Positions 27,395 through 38,197 of a stretch of 64,000 bases of DNA are shown here, in pieces; the first letter of the stretch is position 1, and every line of letters starts with the position of its first letter. The DNA lies in the NCBI GenBank assembly GCA_011170375.1, contig DUEV01000013.1, positions 6,662 to 70,661 of the forward strand. Direction: 5' to 3'. The stretch is from Dehalococcoidia bacterium (GTDB lineage: Bacteria > Chloroflexota > Dehalococcoidia > Dehalococcoidales > Fen-1064). The position numbers and the translations under genes are program-made. A model generated the notes under the pieces. The model worked only from the letters and a program-made list of their open reading frames with translations, ran no database searches and was not told the DNA's origin.

Positions 27395-28450
27395 TCAATC
27401 CTCGTTACGGCTCTCACCTTCTCCGGCCTCGCCCTCAGCCCCGGAGGTGGCAACAGCCTCGGCAGCACTGGCCACCAGGTCCTCAGACTCGCCCTCGGCA
27501 GGCTCCTCAGATTCTTCTGTCTTGGGACTGAGAGAAAGCCCGATCTCGTTGAGACGGTCTTCAATCTCCTGTCTTGATTTTTGTCCGAAATTCCGCAGCG
27601 CCAAAAGTCCCTTCTCACCCCGGCTAATAAGCTCCCCCACGGTAGTGATATTACCACGCCTCAGGCAATTCATAGTACGCACTGAAAGGGCAAGCTGTTC
27701 CACCGGCATGTTGTACTGCTCTTCGGACATGGCCAACTCAGCGAACTCCTTCTCCACCTCAGCCGGGGCGACAACGCCATAATTGACAAATGAGTTCAAC
27801 ATACTGATGAGAATGCTGGCGCTCTTGCTCATGGCCTCACCAGCCTCGATAGTACCGTCAGTCCATATCTCAAGATACAACCGCTCATGGCTGGTCTCAC
27901 GGCCAACGTGCAGCGGTTCGATTTTGTAGTTAACCTTGCGTACCGGTGTGAAGATAGCATCCACTGGAATAACTCCCAGCGGCATACTATCACCAGACTC
28001 AGCTTCCATATAGCCTACCCCTACCTCCACATCAAACTCGACGAAGAGCCTGGCCTCCGGAGAGTCCATTGTCGCCAGGTAGAGTTCAGGATTAGCAATC
28101 TCGAAGTCGGAGGAAGGGTTAATATCGGCGGCACAGACGCGTCCCTCCCCCGCCATGTCCAAAATCAACCTGCCGGGCCGGTCCGCGATTGGTTTCAGCC
28201 GTATCGCCTTTACATTAAGGAGAAACTCAATGACGTCCTCCCTCACATGAGGAATGGAAGAGAACTCGTGCTGAATCCCCTCAATCCTGACCCGGGTAAT
28301 GGCCGCTCCCGGGAGATGACCAAGCAGTACTCGCCTCAGGGCATTCCCCAGCGTCATACCGAAGCCTTTATCCAGTGGCTCAGCCACAAAGCGTCCGTAG
28401 TTGTCCCTAGTTTCGACGCACTCAATTTTAGTTATTGCCGATAGAGACAA
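27395..28450 (-). CDS. rpoA: DNA-directed RNA polymerase subunit alpha
   Basis: The N-terminal domain and C-terminal domain (LSVRTMNCLRRGNITTVGEL) are recognisable. Carries an acidic tail of about 40 aa. Confidence 0.97.
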   Translation of the reverse strand: MSLSAITKIECVETRDNYGRFVAEPLDKGFGMTLGNALRRVLLGHLPGAAITRVRIEGIQHEFSSIPHVREDVIEFLLNVKAIRLKPIADRPGRLILDMAGEGRVCAADINPSSDFEIANPELYLATMDSPEARLFVEFDVEVGVGYMEAESGDSMPLGVIPVDAIFTPVRKVNYKIEPLHVGRETSHERLYLEIWTDGTIEAGEAMSKSASILISMLNSFVNYGVVAPAEVEKEFAELAMSEEQYNMPVEQLALSVRTMNCLRRGNITTVGELISRGEKGLLALRNFGQKSRQEIEDRLNEIGLSLSPKTEESEEPAEGESEDLVASAAEAVATSGAEGEAGEGESRNED

Positions 28451-28484
28451 ACTCCTACCTCCTTATCGTGCCTAGCACGTGACC

Positions 28485-29108
28485 TTACCGCGAGTAGTAC
28501 TCAACGATGCTCTGTCCCTCAAACTTGGCTCCAGCGTCTTCAGGTGTCGGCATGGATATGACCTGTCCGACAAGATTGTCTCTGTCCAGTCCGAGCCAGC
28601 CTGGGACAGACTTCGACCCGATTTCCCCAGCAACCTGTTTGAAATACTCGGTCTTGGTGCTGCCTTCCCGCCAGGAGATGGTATCACCCTCTTTTACCAG
28701 ACAGGATGGGATGTTCGTCCGGCGACCGTTTAAAACGATATGCCCGTGCAACACAATCTGGCGGGCCTGATTTCTGGAATCGGCAAACCCTAGGCGGTAG
28801 ACCACATTGTCCAGCCGCCTTTCCAGCAATGCTATTAAATTATCCCCCGTGACACCAGGCTGCCGCTCGGCTTGAGCGAAAGTCCTCCGGAACTGTCTCT
28901 CTAGCACACCGTAAGTGTAACGAGCCTTCTGCTTCTCCGCCAACTGCAGGGCACGGTCGGAAACCCGACGCCTGCGGAACCGCTGCCCGGTAGGCCGTCG
29001 TCTCCGCTCCATAGCGCATTTCTGCGTGTAACAGCGGCTACCCTTGAGCATCAGCTTGTCACCACATCGCCGACACAGATGACAGACAGACCCAGTATAT
29101 CTGGCCAT
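28485..29108 (-). CDS. rpsD: 30S ribosomal protein S4
   Basis: MARYTGSVCHLCRRCGDKLMLKG... (zinc-binding form). Confidence 0.97.
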   Translation of the reverse strand: MARYTGSVCHLCRRCGDKLMLKGSRCYTQKCAMERRRRPTGQRFRRRRVSDRALQLAEKQKARYTYGVLERQFRRTFAQAERQPGVTGDNLIALLERRLDNVVYRLGFADSRNQARQIVLHGHIVLNGRRTNIPSCLVKEGDTISWREGSTKTEYFKQVAGEIGSKSVPGWLGLDRDNLVGQVISMPTPEDAGAKFEGQSIVEYYSR

Positions 29109-29199
29109 TTTCTATCTTACTTCTATCTCCTCTCAGCAACTAAACGCCCGTTACACAGCGCCAAGCCATTTGCCTGTCACTGGTAACACCGGTAATATT

Positions 29200-29592
29200 T
29201 CACACCCTTCTCCTCTTAGGTGGTCGACACCCGTTGTGTGGTATCGGGGTTACATCCCTGATACTGGTAATATTCAAGCCAGAGCTCTGAAGAGCCCGGA
29301 GGGCTGCCTCACGCCCACTACCCGGTCCCTTAACGTAGACATCCACCTGTCGCAAGCCCTGGGCCATTCCCTTACGCGCCGCATCTTGAGCAGCCAGTTG
29401 GGCAGCATAGGGTGTACCCTTACGCGAACCCTTAAAACCAGCGGTCCCGGAACTACCCCAGGCAATAACGTTCCCCTCGGGGTCCGTCAGCGTCACCAGA
29501 GTATTATTAAAGGTTGACTGAATATAAGCTCTCCCCGCAGGAACGACCCTGCGTTCTCTCCTCCTTGCCCTGGTTCGTTTCTTCGCTGGCAT
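29200..29592 (-). CDS. rpsK: 30S ribosomal protein S11
   Basis: [16 protein letters not shown]...[14 protein letters not shown]. Confidence 0.97.
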   Translation of the reverse strand: MPAKKRTRARRRERRVVPAGRAYIQSTFNNTLVTLTDPEGNVIAWGSSGTAGFKGSRKGTPYAAQLAAQDAARKGMAQGLRQVDVYVKGPGSGREAALRALQSSGLNITSIRDVTPIPHNGCRPPKRRRV

Positions 29593-29620
29593 CCTGCCCT
29601 CCTGTCTAAGCTAAGTCCGA

Positions 29621-30010
29621 TTACTTCTTGGTAGCACCACGCTTCTTACCTCTGCCAGCCACAGTCTTTCGCGAGCCACGGTGAGTACGAGCATTGGTGC
29701 GGGTCCGCTGCCCCCTGGCCGGCAGACTATAGCGGTGCCTGTGGCCCCGGTAGCTGCCGATCTCAGTAAGGCGCTTGATGTTGAAGCTGACTTCCTTTCT
29801 AAGCTCACCCTCAACCCGGTACTCCCGGTCAATATACTCGCGGAGCCTGTTGACCTCCTCCTCGGTAAGGTCATCCGCCTTGGTCTCGGCATTCACACCG
29901 GCATACTCCAGAGCCTTGTGGCTCAGTGCGGAGCCAATCCCGTGAATATACTGCAGCGATACCCAGATTTGCTTGTCTCTTGGTATGTCCACTCCAGCGA
30001 TACGCGGCAT
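29621..30010 (-). CDS. rpsM: 30S ribosomal protein S13
   Basis: [26 protein letters not shown]. Confidence 0.97.
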   Translation of the reverse strand: MPRIAGVDIPRDKQIWVSLQYIHGIGSALSHKALEYAGVNAETKADDLTEEEVNRLREYIDREYRVEGELRKEVSFNIKRLTEIGSYRGHRHRYSLPARGQRTRTNARTHRGSRKTVAGRGKKRGATKK

Positions 30011-30037
30011 CAGACTACCTCCTTCCTCAGCAAGATA

Positions 30038-30151
30038 TCAGCCCTGCCTCTGCTTATGACTGGGCTTGGAGCAAATCACCCGGACTACTCCTCGTCGCCT
30101 TATTATCTTACACTTCTCACATCTGGCTTTGACCGAAGCCCTGACCTTCAT
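30038..30151 (-). CDS. rpmJ: 50S ribosomal protein L36
   Basis: A 37-aa ORF missed by the ORF track: [37 protein letters not shown]. It sits in the expected slot between infA and rpsM. Confidence 0.93.
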   Translation of the reverse strand: MKVRASVKARCEKCKIIRRRGVVRVICSKPSHKQRQG

Positions 30152-30163
30152 ACTAACTTCCTC

Positions 30164-30382
30164 TCACTTGAACCGGTAGGTTATCCGGCCCCGACTCAGG
30201 TCATAGGGAGACAACTCGATCAAGACCCTATCGCCGGGCAGGATTCTAATATAATGCACCCTTATTCTACCTGAGATATGGGCCAATACCTGGTGCCCAT
30301 TTGGCAACTCGACCCGAAACATGGCGTTAGGCAATGCCTCCGTGACCACCCCTTCTACCTCAATACTTTCCTTCTTGGGCAT
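30164..30382 (-). CDS. infA: Translation initiation factor IF-1
   Basis: [31 protein letters not shown]. Confidence 0.97.
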   Translation of the reverse strand: MPKKESIEVEGVVTEALPNAMFRVELPNGHQVLAHISGRIRVHYIRILPGDRVLIELSPYDLSRGRITYRFK

Positions 30383-30393
30383 AGATTTCCCGC

Positions 30394-31161
30394 TTATAGT
30401 TTGGTAAGGACCTCAGCCTCACCATCAGTGATAGCAATGGTATTCTCAAAGTGTGCTGAAAGACTACCATCTCTGGTACGCACCGTCCAGTTGTCGTCAT
30501 CCTGCTTGGTTTCCCAATCACCAATATTCACCATCGGTTCAAGGGCCAATGTCATCCCCTTCTGCAGCTCCGGGCCAGTCCCCGCCATAAGCCCGAATCC
30601 TGGCGTGGTACAGTTAGGCACCTGGGGATCTTCGTGCAACTTCCGACCAATACCGTGGCCGGAATACTGACGCACCACCGAGTAGCCTCTAGATTCCGCA
30701 TACTGCTCAATCGCCGCCGAGACGTCTCCCAACCTCGCTCCAGGACGGGCCGTCGCGACGCCAGCTTTCAGGGCATCCTCGGTCACCTCCATTAGCCGCT
30801 TAGCTTCAGGACTGACATCACCTACGCCCATGGTAATAGCGGCGTCACCCTGGAAGTCCTGGTAGATAACCCCGAAATCCAGTGAAACGATGTCACCTTC
30901 GCAGAGCACCTTCTTTCCCGGAATACCATGCACAATTTCGTCATTGACCGATACACAAAGGTTGGCGGGAAATCCTCGATAACCCTTAAACGAAGGCCGT
31001 CCGCCCAGCTTCTGCGCCTCTTCGGCAGCAATTACGTCCAACTCTTCGGTACACATCCCCGGTCTCACTCGTGCCTTTAACACCTCCAGGACCATCGCTA
31101 CAATCCTACCAGCCTGACGCATTAACTCAATCTCATGTTCAGACTTGATAATAATACTCAT
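30394..31161 (-). CDS. map: Type I methionine aminopeptidase
   Basis: Metal-ligand motifs ([16 protein letters not shown]) in the conserved position after adk. Confidence 0.95.
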   Translation of the reverse strand: MSIIIKSEHEIELMRQAGRIVAMVLEVLKARVRPGMCTEELDVIAAEEAQKLGGRPSFKGYRGFPANLCVSVNDEIVHGIPGKKVLCEGDIVSLDFGVIYQDFQGDAAITMGVGDVSPEAKRLMEVTEDALKAGVATARPGARLGDVSAAIEQYAESRGYSVVRQYSGHGIGRKLHEDPQVPNCTTPGFGLMAGTGPELQKGMTLALEPMVNIGDWETKQDDDNWTVRTRDGSLSAHFENTIAITDGEAEVLTKL

Positions 31162-31172
31162 CCCTATTCCCG

Positions 31173-31829
31173 CTACTTAACAGACCCTTTCTCCAATGAC
31201 TCTAATATACGCTCCCGCACCTCGTCGACACCACCCTCTCCATCTACCTCAAGCAGTTTACCCGCGCGGTTATGATAGTCAATCAGGGGTGCCGTCTCCG
31301 CAAAATATACACGCAACCTCTCCTTGACCGTCTCCGGTGTATCATCAGGGCGCTGATAGAGTTCACCACCGCACCGGTCACACCTGCCCTTAGTACGGGG
31401 TGGCGAATTCACCATATGGTACGGGGTCTGGCACTGGCGGCAAATCCAGCGTCCGCTAAGCCTCTCCAACAGCTCGGCTTCAGAGACTTTTATGTAAACT
31501 ACATTGTCTATCATCTTATCCTGTTTGACCAGCGCTTCATCCAGCGCCTTGGCCTGTTCCAGAGTCCTTGGGAAACCGTCAAAAATTACACCCTGCTCAC
31601 AGTCCGGGGCTGAAATACGCTCCAAGACCATCTTTATCGTAATATCGTCGGGAACAAGCACCCCCTTTTCCATATAGACCCTAGCCTGTTTTGCCAGCTC
31701 GGTTTCCTGTTTCTGAGCTTCCCGGAACATATCACCAGTGGCGATATGAGCCAGCTTAAGCTTCCCAGCCACGGTTGCAGCCTGTGTGCCCTTACCTGCC
31801 CCGGGGGCACCGAGAAAAACAATATACAC
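31173..31829 (-). CDS. adk: Adenylate kinase (zinc-lid type)
   Basis: P-loop GAPGAGKGTQ. Lid Cys motif CRQCQ...CDRCG. Confidence 0.96.
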   Translation of the reverse strand: MYIVFLGAPGAGKGTQAATVAGKLKLAHIATGDMFREAQKQETELAKQARVYMEKGVLVPDDITIKMVLERISAPDCEQGVIFDGFPRTLEQAKALDEALVKQDKMIDNVVYIKVSEAELLERLSGRWICRQCQTPYHMVNSPPRTKGRCDRCGGELYQRPDDTPETVKERLRVYFAETAPLIDYHNRAGKLLEVDGEGGVDEVRERILESLEKGSVK

Positions 31830-31837
31830 CTTTACTC

Positions 31838-33160
31838 CTACTTAATAAAGCCCTCGTAGCGCCTCATTGTTAATTGCGCTTCCATCTGCTTCATCGTATC
31901 GAGCACCACACCGACCACGATCAGTAAGCCCATACTTGAAAGCTGTATTGCCTGGACATTGGTGACTGTTCTGGCAAGGAACGGGATTATGGCCACGAAT
32001 GCCAGGAATAGGGCCCCAACCGTCGTAATACGGTTGATGACATGATTAAGATAAGTGGACGTATTCTTACCCGGCCTGATTCCAGGGATGAAGCCCCCCT
32101 GCCGCTGTAAGGTCCCCGGCAGGTCCTGCTGTTGAAACATAACCATCGTATAGAAGAAAGCAAAGCCAATCACCAGCATGAAGTACAACCCCCAGTAAAG
32201 TAAGCCCAAGGGCAGCGGTGCATCAGCGCTCAATATATTTTGAATGTGATTGGCGAAGTTCGCCGGCTCCCCTGGCGCATTGGCAAAATAGCTGGCAATC
32301 ATACCCGGGAAGATTACCAGTGACATTGCGAAGATAAGGGGAATCATCCCAGCACTGTTCACCCGCAGCGGGATATGGGTCCCCCCCGATTGCCGGTACA
32401 TGCGGCCACCACGAAAGGTGGTGCGGGCATACTGTACCGGAACCCGTCGGTGGGCCTCGGTGAAAATAACAATCAACGCCACCGTAGCTAGCATAATAAG
32501 GGCATAGGACACCAGTCCCACAACCTGTCCCTGCTGTCCCGCTAGCATACCTGTCCCGAATGTCTCCCAGTACCCGGCCACAATCCCACCGAAGATTATT
32601 ATGGATACTCCGTTGCCGATACCGTACTCCGTAATCTGCTCACCCAACCACACCAAGAAGACCGTGCCGGCAATAATCGAGATAATCATTGCCACCATTG
32701 GCAGTCCGCTGGTGGGTTCGATTGCTCCGTTAGCCTCCAACAGTTTTATTTGTCCGAAACCGGCGATACCGGCCAGAGGAATCATCAACCAGTGAGTAAT
32801 CCGGTTTATCTTATTACGGCCAGCTTCTCCTTCCTGAGAAATCTGCTGCAACCGCGGAATCACCGGCGTCATCAACGTCATGATAATCGACGCCGTTATG
32901 TACGGGTAAACGCCCATCGCCGCCACACTAAAATTCTTCATGGCACCGCCACTGAACATGTCAAGAAAGCCCAGCATTGCATTGCTCTCAAAGAATGCCT
33001 TTAGGGCCTCTGCATCCACTCCGGGGAGAGGTACGTGTGCCACGAAGCGGAAGACCACCAGCATAGCGAAGGTAAAAAGGAGCCGTCGCCTCAGGTCAGG
33101 TAGCCTGAAAGCATCGAGCATCGCCTGAATTAACCGAGGTCTAGTCTGCCGCGGCCGCAT
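31838..33160 (-). CDS. secY: Preprotein translocase subunit SecY
   Basis: 10-TM protein with LRRRLLFTFAMLVVFR. GAGGAGGTGG RBS lies inside the rplO 3' end. Confidence 0.96.
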   Translation of the reverse strand: MRPRQTRPRLIQAMLDAFRLPDLRRRLLFTFAMLVVFRFVAHVPLPGVDAEALKAFFESNAMLGFLDMFSGGAMKNFSVAAMGVYPYITASIIMTLMTPVIPRLQQISQEGEAGRNKINRITHWLMIPLAGIAGFGQIKLLEANGAIEPTSGLPMVAMIISIIAGTVFLVWLGEQITEYGIGNGVSIIIFGGIVAGYWETFGTGMLAGQQGQVVGLVSYALIMLATVALIVIFTEAHRRVPVQYARTTFRGGRMYRQSGGTHIPLRVNSAGMIPLIFAMSLVIFPGMIASYFANAPGEPANFANHIQNILSADAPLPLGLLYWGLYFMLVIGFAFFYTMVMFQQQDLPGTLQRQGGFIPGIRPGKNTSTYLNHVINRITTVGALFLAFVAIIPFLARTVTNVQAIQLSSMGLLIVVGVVLDTMKQMEAQLTMRRYEGFIK

Positions 33161-33605
33161 TTACCACCTCCTCGGCTTTGCCTCCAGCCGCCTCAATCTT
33201 AGCCCTGGCAGCCGCCGAGAACTTGTGTGCCTTAACCGAAAGGGGATGATTGATATCACCATCCGCCAGTATCTTGATTGGCTTGCGCAGGGACTTGACT
33301 ATCCCAGCTGCCACCAATTTTTCCGGATCCACCTCACTACCTACTTCAAACGCATTCAGAGCTGCCAGCTTGACAACGCAGTATTCGGTGCGGAAGATAT
33401 TGGTGAAGCCACGCTTGTGTGGCAGGCGTTCGATAAGCCGCAATTGCCCGCCTTCAAAGCCAGGTATCATCCGGTGACCGGAGCGGGATTTTTGCCCTTT
33501 ACTACCCCGTCCCGAATATGTCCCGTGTCCACTGCCATCCCCACGCCCAACGCGCTTCCTCGTCTTGCGTGAGCCAGGTGCCGGGGAAAGCGAATCCAGT
33601 CTCAC
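33141..33605 (-). CDS. rplO: 50S ribosomal protein L15
   Basis: [28 protein letters not shown]. Confidence 0.97.
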   Translation of the reverse strand: MRLDSLSPAPGSRKTRKRVGRGDGSGHGTYSGRGSKGQKSRSGHRMIPGFEGGQLRLIERLPHKRGFTNIFRTEYCVVKLAALNAFEVGSEVDPEKLVAAGIVKSLRKPIKILADGDINHPLSVKAHKFSAAARAKIEAAGGKAEEVVNAAAAD

Positions 33606-33784
33606 TTTGCTTCCTCCACCTTGAGCAAATGTCTAACTTTCACAATCATGCCACGAATCGAGTCGGAGTCTTCGTGAACAACACTCTGGTTAAGTCGACG
33701 AAAACCCAGGGCCTGCAACGTCCGCCGCTGATCCTGACTGTAGCCAATGCCACTCTTGACCCAGGTAACCCTCAGCTTAGTCAT
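33602..33784 (-). CDS. rpmD: 50S ribosomal protein L30
   Basis: [25 protein letters not shown]. Confidence 0.95.
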   Translation of the reverse strand: MTKLRVTWVKSGIGYSQDQRRTLQALGFRRLNQSVVHEDSDSIRGMIVKVRHLLKVEEAK

Positions 33785-34298
33785 CGGTCTCAGTCTCCTC
33801 AGGCTCAGGCAGCCCCTTTCGTCTGGCTACCTCCCTGGCCGGGTCCCTTAACTTACTGAGGGCAAGAATAGTTGCCCTGGCCACATTAGCCTTGTTAGCA
33901 CTGCCTAATGACTTCGTCAGGATATCCTTGACCCCGGCCACCTCAAGCACAGCGCGAACACTGCCACCAGCGATGATGCCGGTACCTGGTGCCGCTGGTT
34001 TCAACATAACCCGGGCCGCCCCATATTTGACCGTTATCTCATGGGGAATGGTCGACCCTGCTAGGTTGACTTTGATGAGTTCTTTTCTCGCGGTCGCGTT
34101 AGCCTTGTTAATCGCCAGCGGTACTTCGTTGGCCTTGCCAATGCCAACACCAACATGACCATGACCATCACCAGTCACCACCAGAGCACTAAAGCTGAGG
34201 CGCTTACCCCCCTGCACCACCTTAGCAACACGGTTAATGTATATCAGCTTGTCAGTCAGCACCAGGTCAGCAGGATCTATTTTTCTTAGCACTACCAT
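33777..34298 (-). CDS. rpsE: 30S ribosomal protein S5
   Basis: [36 protein letters not shown]. Confidence 0.97.
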   Translation of the reverse strand: MVVLRKIDPADLVLTDKLIYINRVAKVVQGGKRLSFSALVVTGDGHGHVGVGIGKANEVPLAINKANATARKELIKVNLAGSTIPHEITVKYGAARVMLKPAAPGTGIIAGGSVRAVLEVAGVKDILTKSLGSANKANVARATILALSKLRDPAREVARRKGLPEPEETETDD

Positions 34299-34320
34299 AG
34301 TCTATCTATTACCACTCCCC

Positions 34321-34686
34321 TCAGAGCTTGAGTCCCTCCTTACGAGCGGCCTCAGCTAGTGCCTTGACCCGACCATGGTACTTGAAGCCGCCGCGGTCAA
34401 AGGCAACCTGATCTATCCCTTTAGCCAATGCTCGTTTCGCTATCAGCGTTCCAACAAGCCCGGACTTATCCGTTTTGGCCTTACCGTCCAGCTCACTCTT
34501 TATCTCCTGGTCAAGAGTTGATGCCGCCACCACGGTATGACCGATAGTATCATCGATGACCTGAGCATAGATATGGTTCAGGCTACGAAACACACACAAG
34601 CGCGGCCGGGTGACAGTACCTTTCACCTTCGCCCTGACCCGGGCATGCCGCCGAATACGAGCAACCCTTCGGTGTTTTGGCCCCAC
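34321..34686 (-). CDS. rplR: 50S ribosomal protein L18
   Basis: [20 protein letters not shown]...[16 protein letters not shown]. Confidence 0.97.
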   Translation of the reverse strand: MGPKHRRVARIRRHARVRAKVKGTVTRPRLCVFRSLNHIYAQVIDDTIGHTVVAASTLDQEIKSELDGKAKTDKSGLVGTLIAKRALAKGIDQVAFDRGGFKYHGRVKALAEAARKEGLKL

Positions 34687-35238
34687 TTATCCTCTCCCTA
34701 TCGCCTTACCAGCCTTACCTGGTTTTAAACGGACTACTTCTTCGCTGTAGCGGATACCCTTACCCTTGTAAGCATCAGGTGGGCGAATTGCCCTGATTCG
34801 GGCTGCCATCTCACCAACCACTTCCTTGTCAATCCCGGTAACATTTATACGATTGTTCCCCACAACCTCCAGTGTTATGCCCGGCAAAGGCTTTACCTCA
34901 ACCGGGTGGGAAAAACCAATGTTGATTACCAGGTTGTCCCCCTTCTTCTCAGCTCGATAGCCGACACCTACAATCTCCAGAGTCCTTTCACAGCCTTTCG
35001 TCACCCCTTCCACCATGTTGGCGAGAAGGCTCCGCGTCAGCCCATGCAAGGCACGGTGCATCCGCTCATCACTGGGACGCGATACTGTCAGGATATCCTC
35101 TCTCTTTTCAATCAACATCACCGGATTGAACTGGCGCCGCAGTTCTCCCTTGGGTCCCTTCACAGTGACCTCGCCTTTATTTATGTCCACCGATACCCCC
35201 TCAGGCACCGGTATCGGCATCTTCCCTATCCTAGACAT
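34687..35238 (-). CDS. rplF: 50S ribosomal protein L6
   Basis: [17 protein letters not shown]... Confidence 0.97.
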   Translation of the reverse strand: MSRIGKMPIPVPEGVSVDINKGEVTVKGPKGELRRQFNPVMLIEKREDILTVSRPSDERMHRALHGLTRSLLANMVEGVTKGCERTLEIVGVGYRAEKKGDNLVINIGFSHPVEVKPLPGITLEVVGNNRINVTGIDKEVVGEMAARIRAIRPPDAYKGKGIRYSEEVVRLKPGKAGKAIGRG

Positions 35239-35256
35239 TGATACTACTCCAGGAAC

Positions 35257-35655
35257 TCACCATATGTAGCACAGCAGCTCGCCACCGACCCCCCGCCGCC
35301 ACGCCTGCTGACCAGTCATCACTCCCTCAGGGGTCGACAGTATCGCAATCCCCAGCCCGCCGTAAACACGGGGGATTTCTTTTTTCTGGACATATACCCT
35401 CAGGCCGGGCTTACTGACACGCTCCAGTCCGGAAATGACTGGCTCATTTCTGTCCCGATACTTGAGGTGAACCTTGATAACCCGCTGCGTCTTATCCCGA
35501 ACTACCTCATAATCGCTGATAAAGCCCTCATCCTTGAGGATACTGGCGATAGCCAGCTTCATCTTCGATGAAGGTATCAGCACTGAATCATGCCTCACCA
35601 TGACCGCGTTGCGCACCCGGGTTAACATATCGGCGATTGGGTCAGTAACAGTCAC
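35257..35655 (-). CDS. rpsH: 30S ribosomal protein S8
   Basis: [13 protein letters not shown]... Confidence 0.97.
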   Translation of the reverse strand: MTVTDPIADMLTRVRNAVMVRHDSVLIPSSKMKLAIASILKDEGFISDYEVVRDKTQRVIKVHLKYRDRNEPVISGLERVSKPGLRVYVQKKEIPRVYGGLGIAILSTPEGVMTGQQAWRRGVGGELLCYIW

Positions 35656-35677
35656 CCTTACCCCCTCCGAATATATC

Positions 35678-35863
35678 TTACCAGCTCGATTTCCTCACTC
35701 CCGGAATCTTACCGGCCAGGGCCAGTTCCCGGAAGCAGATACGACACAGACCAAACTTACGCATGTAAGCGCGGGGTCGACCACACAAATGGCACCTATT
35801 GTGAAACTGTACCTTGTACTTTGGTGGCCGTCTCCACTTGGCAATTTCCGACTTTTTAGCCAT
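35678..35863 (-). CDS. rpsZ: 30S ribosomal protein S14 type Z (zinc-binding)
   Basis: 61 aa with CHLCGRP...CRIC. Confidence 0.96.
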   Translation of the reverse strand: MAKKSEIAKWRRPPKYKVQFHNRCHLCGRPRAYMRKFGLCRICFRELALAGKIPGVRKSSW

Positions 35864-35873
35864 CTAACTCCGT

Positions 35874-36416
35874 TCAATCCCGGCTGAAAGGCATGCCGAA
35901 CAATTCCAGAAGCTGCCTGCCCTCTTCGTCTGTCTTAGCAGTCGTAACGATTGTTATTTCCAGCCCTCGTACTTTATCAATCTTATCATAGTCAATCTCG
36001 GGGAAAACGGTCTGCTCTCTAAATCCCAGAGTGTAATTACCATGGCCATCAAAGGAATCCCTGGGGACACCGCGAAACTCCCTGATACGAGGCAGGACAA
36101 CACCTATCAACCGCTCAATGAAATCATACATACGGTCTTTCCGCAGAGTTACCTTTAGCCCAATCGGCATCCCTGTCCGCAATCTGAAAGCGGCGACTGA
36201 CCTCTTAGCACGAGTGATAATTGGTTTCTGTCCGGTAATAGCCGGCAGGTCTTGCTCTGCGCCCTCCAGTGCCCGCGCGTTTTGGATGGCTTCCCCCAGA
36301 CCAATACCAACAACAACCTTCTCCAGCCTGGGCACCTGCATAACATTCCGGTAGCCACCGAGCTCCATCAGACGAGGAACAATATCTTGCCTATATCTTT
36401 CCTTCAACCCCGACAT
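35874..36416 (-). CDS. rplE: 50S ribosomal protein L5
   Basis: [14 protein letters not shown]...[15 protein letters not shown]. Confidence 0.97.
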   Translation of the reverse strand: MSGLKERYRQDIVPRLMELGGYRNVMQVPRLEKVVVGIGLGEAIQNARALEGAEQDLPAITGQKPIITRAKRSVAAFRLRTGMPIGLKVTLRKDRMYDFIERLIGVVLPRIREFRGVPRDSFDGHGNYTLGFREQTVFPEIDYDKIDKVRGLEITIVTTAKTDEEGRQLLELFGMPFSRD

Positions 36417-36728
36417 CTAGTCAACTACCTCATTACAAGCCCGACAAATACGTACCTTGCGTCCGTCTTCCAACTTGCGGAATCCAACCCTTACCGGCCG
36501 ATTGCAGCGGCTGCAGACGAGCATTACGTTCGACACATTAATCGGTGCTTCTCGCTCAATAATGCCAGCCTGTCTCATCTGCGCCCTGGCCCGACTGTGC
36601 ATCTTGATGAAGTTAACACCTTCGACCAGTATACGGTTCTTCTTGGGATAGGCAAACCGTACCCTACCCTTCTTCCCCTTGTCTTTGCCGGTGACAACCA
36701 GCACGTTGTCGTTCTTTCTAATCTTCAC
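36417..36728 (-). CDS. rplX: 50S ribosomal protein L24
   Basis: KIRKNDNVLVVTGKDKGKKGRV. Confidence 0.96.
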   Translation of the reverse strand: MKIRKNDNVLVVTGKDKGKKGRVRFAYPKKNRILVEGVNFIKMHSRARAQMRQAGIIEREAPINVSNVMLVCSRCNRPVRVGFRKLEDGRKVRICRACNEVVD

Positions 36729-36741
36729 AGCGCAGTCTTCC

Positions 36742-37110
36742 TCACAAAACTTCAGGAGCCAGGGAAATTATCTTGGTGAAGTTCTTCTCCCTTAGTTCCC
36801 TGGCCACCGGACCAAATATCCGGGTCCCCCGCGGATTATTTTTATCGGTAAGAATTACGGCAGCATTCTCGTCAAACCTGATGTACGAGCCATCCGGGCG
36901 CCGGTAGGGCTTAGCGGTACGAATAATAACCGCCCGGACAACATCGCCACCCTTTACAGCACCCCCCGGGATAGCCCGTTTGATAGACCCCACGATTACA
37001 TCACCGACACGGGCATATTTTTTCCCTGTGCCGCCCAATACACCGATGCACATCATCTGCCGAGCACCGGTATTATCCGCTACCTTGAGTCTGGTATTAG
37101 ACTGGATCAC
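36742..37110 (-). CDS. rplN: 50S ribosomal protein L14
   Basis: [17 protein letters not shown]... Confidence 0.97.
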   Translation of the reverse strand: MIQSNTRLKVADNTGARQMMCIGVLGGTGKKYARVGDVIVGSIKRAIPGGAVKGGDVVRAVIIRTAKPYRRPDGSYIRFDENAAVILTDKNNPRGTRIFGPVARELREKNFTKIISLAPEVL

Positions 37111-37127
37111 TTCACACTATCGCCATA

Positions 37128-37484
37128 TCAGTCTTCAGTCTCTTCCTCAGGCACATTATCAGCAACGACTTCCTCTGCCTCAGTAACGGCTTCCTCAGGC
37201 TGGGCTTCCAGTTCTTCCGGCCTGACCTCTATCTGCTCTGCCTTGGTAACTATCTCTACCACCCGCCACCGCTTCTCCTTAGACAGGGGGCGGGTCTCCT
37301 CCAACCGGACAATATCACCCGGCTGACACTCATTCTTTTCGTCATGTACCTTGTAGCGGGTAATCCTGCGAACGGACTTCTTATACACCGGGTGATGCCG
37401 GCGTGTTTCCACGGTCACCACCACAGTCTTATCCATCTTGTTGCTTACTACTTGGCCAAGCCTGCTCTTTCGTTTTCTCTCCAT
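37128..37484 (-). CDS. rpsQ: 30S ribosomal protein S17 with an acidic C-terminal tail
   Basis: [25 protein letters not shown] core, followed by an E/A/V-rich tail of about 36 aa. Confidence 0.95.
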   Translation of the reverse strand: MERKRKSRLGQVVSNKMDKTVVVTVETRRHHPVYKKSVRRITRYKVHDEKNECQPGDIVRLEETRPLSKEKRWRVVEIVTKAEQIEVRPEELEAQPEEAVTEAEEVVADNVPEEETED

Positions 37485-37535
37485 AGATTAGGCCCTTCTC
37501 CGGTCTCGGCAAATCACCATGCCGAATCGATAGTC

Positions 37536-37745
37536 CTACTCCGCAGAGTCACTCTGTGCCAACTCCCATTCTCTCAGTACCGTCTGCATTCTGGCAATAT
37601 CTCTCTTAACCCTCGGAATCTCCCGATGGTTCACCAGTTGCTTGGTGGCCGCTCGAAAGCGAAGGTCAAAAAGCTCCCGACGGGCCGCTTCCAATTGCCT
37701 CGTCAGTTCTCCTGGGCTTAGGGCTCGCATCTCTTCAACCTTCAA
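37536..37745 (-). CDS. rpmC: 50S ribosomal protein L29
   Basis: [14 protein letters not shown]. Confidence 0.95.
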   Translation of the reverse strand: MKVEEMRALSPGELTRQLEAARRELFDLRFRAATKQLVNHREIPRVKRDIARMQTVLREWELAQSDSAE

Positions 37746-38197
37746 ACCTGTACCAGCTCCTTGGTTTCTGGTCTGGCCCCAACGCCGCGGGCCTGCCTAG
37801 TTACAAACCGTACTTTTAGCGGCAACTTGTGTGACGCCAGACGCATCGCCTCCTTGGCAACATCCTCAGCAACACCGGCCATCTCAAACATTACCCTGCC
37901 CGGTTTAACGACAGCCACCCAGTGGTCGGGGGCACCTTTACCCGAGCCCATTCGGGTCTCAGCTGCCTTCTTCGTCACCGATTTATCAGGGAAAATACGT
38001 ATCCAGATTTTACCACCACGACGTACATGGCGTGTCATCGCCCGCCGGGCCGCCTCAATCTGACGGGCCGTTACCCAGGCGGACTGTTCTGCTACCAGTG
38101 CAAAATCCCCAAAAATAACCGTATTTCCAGCGTTCGCTTTGCCACCACGCCTCCCCTTGTGAGTCTTACGAAACTTAACTCGCTTAGGTTGTAGCAT
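37742..38197 (-). CDS. rplP: 50S ribosomal protein L16
   Basis: [16 protein letters not shown]. Start trimmed to ATG 38195-38197 (in frame with the longer track ORF). Confidence 0.96.
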   Translation of the reverse strand: MLQPKRVKFRKTHKGRRGGKANAGNTVIFGDFALVAEQSAWVTARQIEAARRAMTRHVRRGGKIWIRIFPDKSVTKKAAETRMGSGKGAPDHWVAVVKPGRVMFEMAGVAEDVAKEAMRLASHKLPLKVRFVTRQARGVGARPETKELVQV

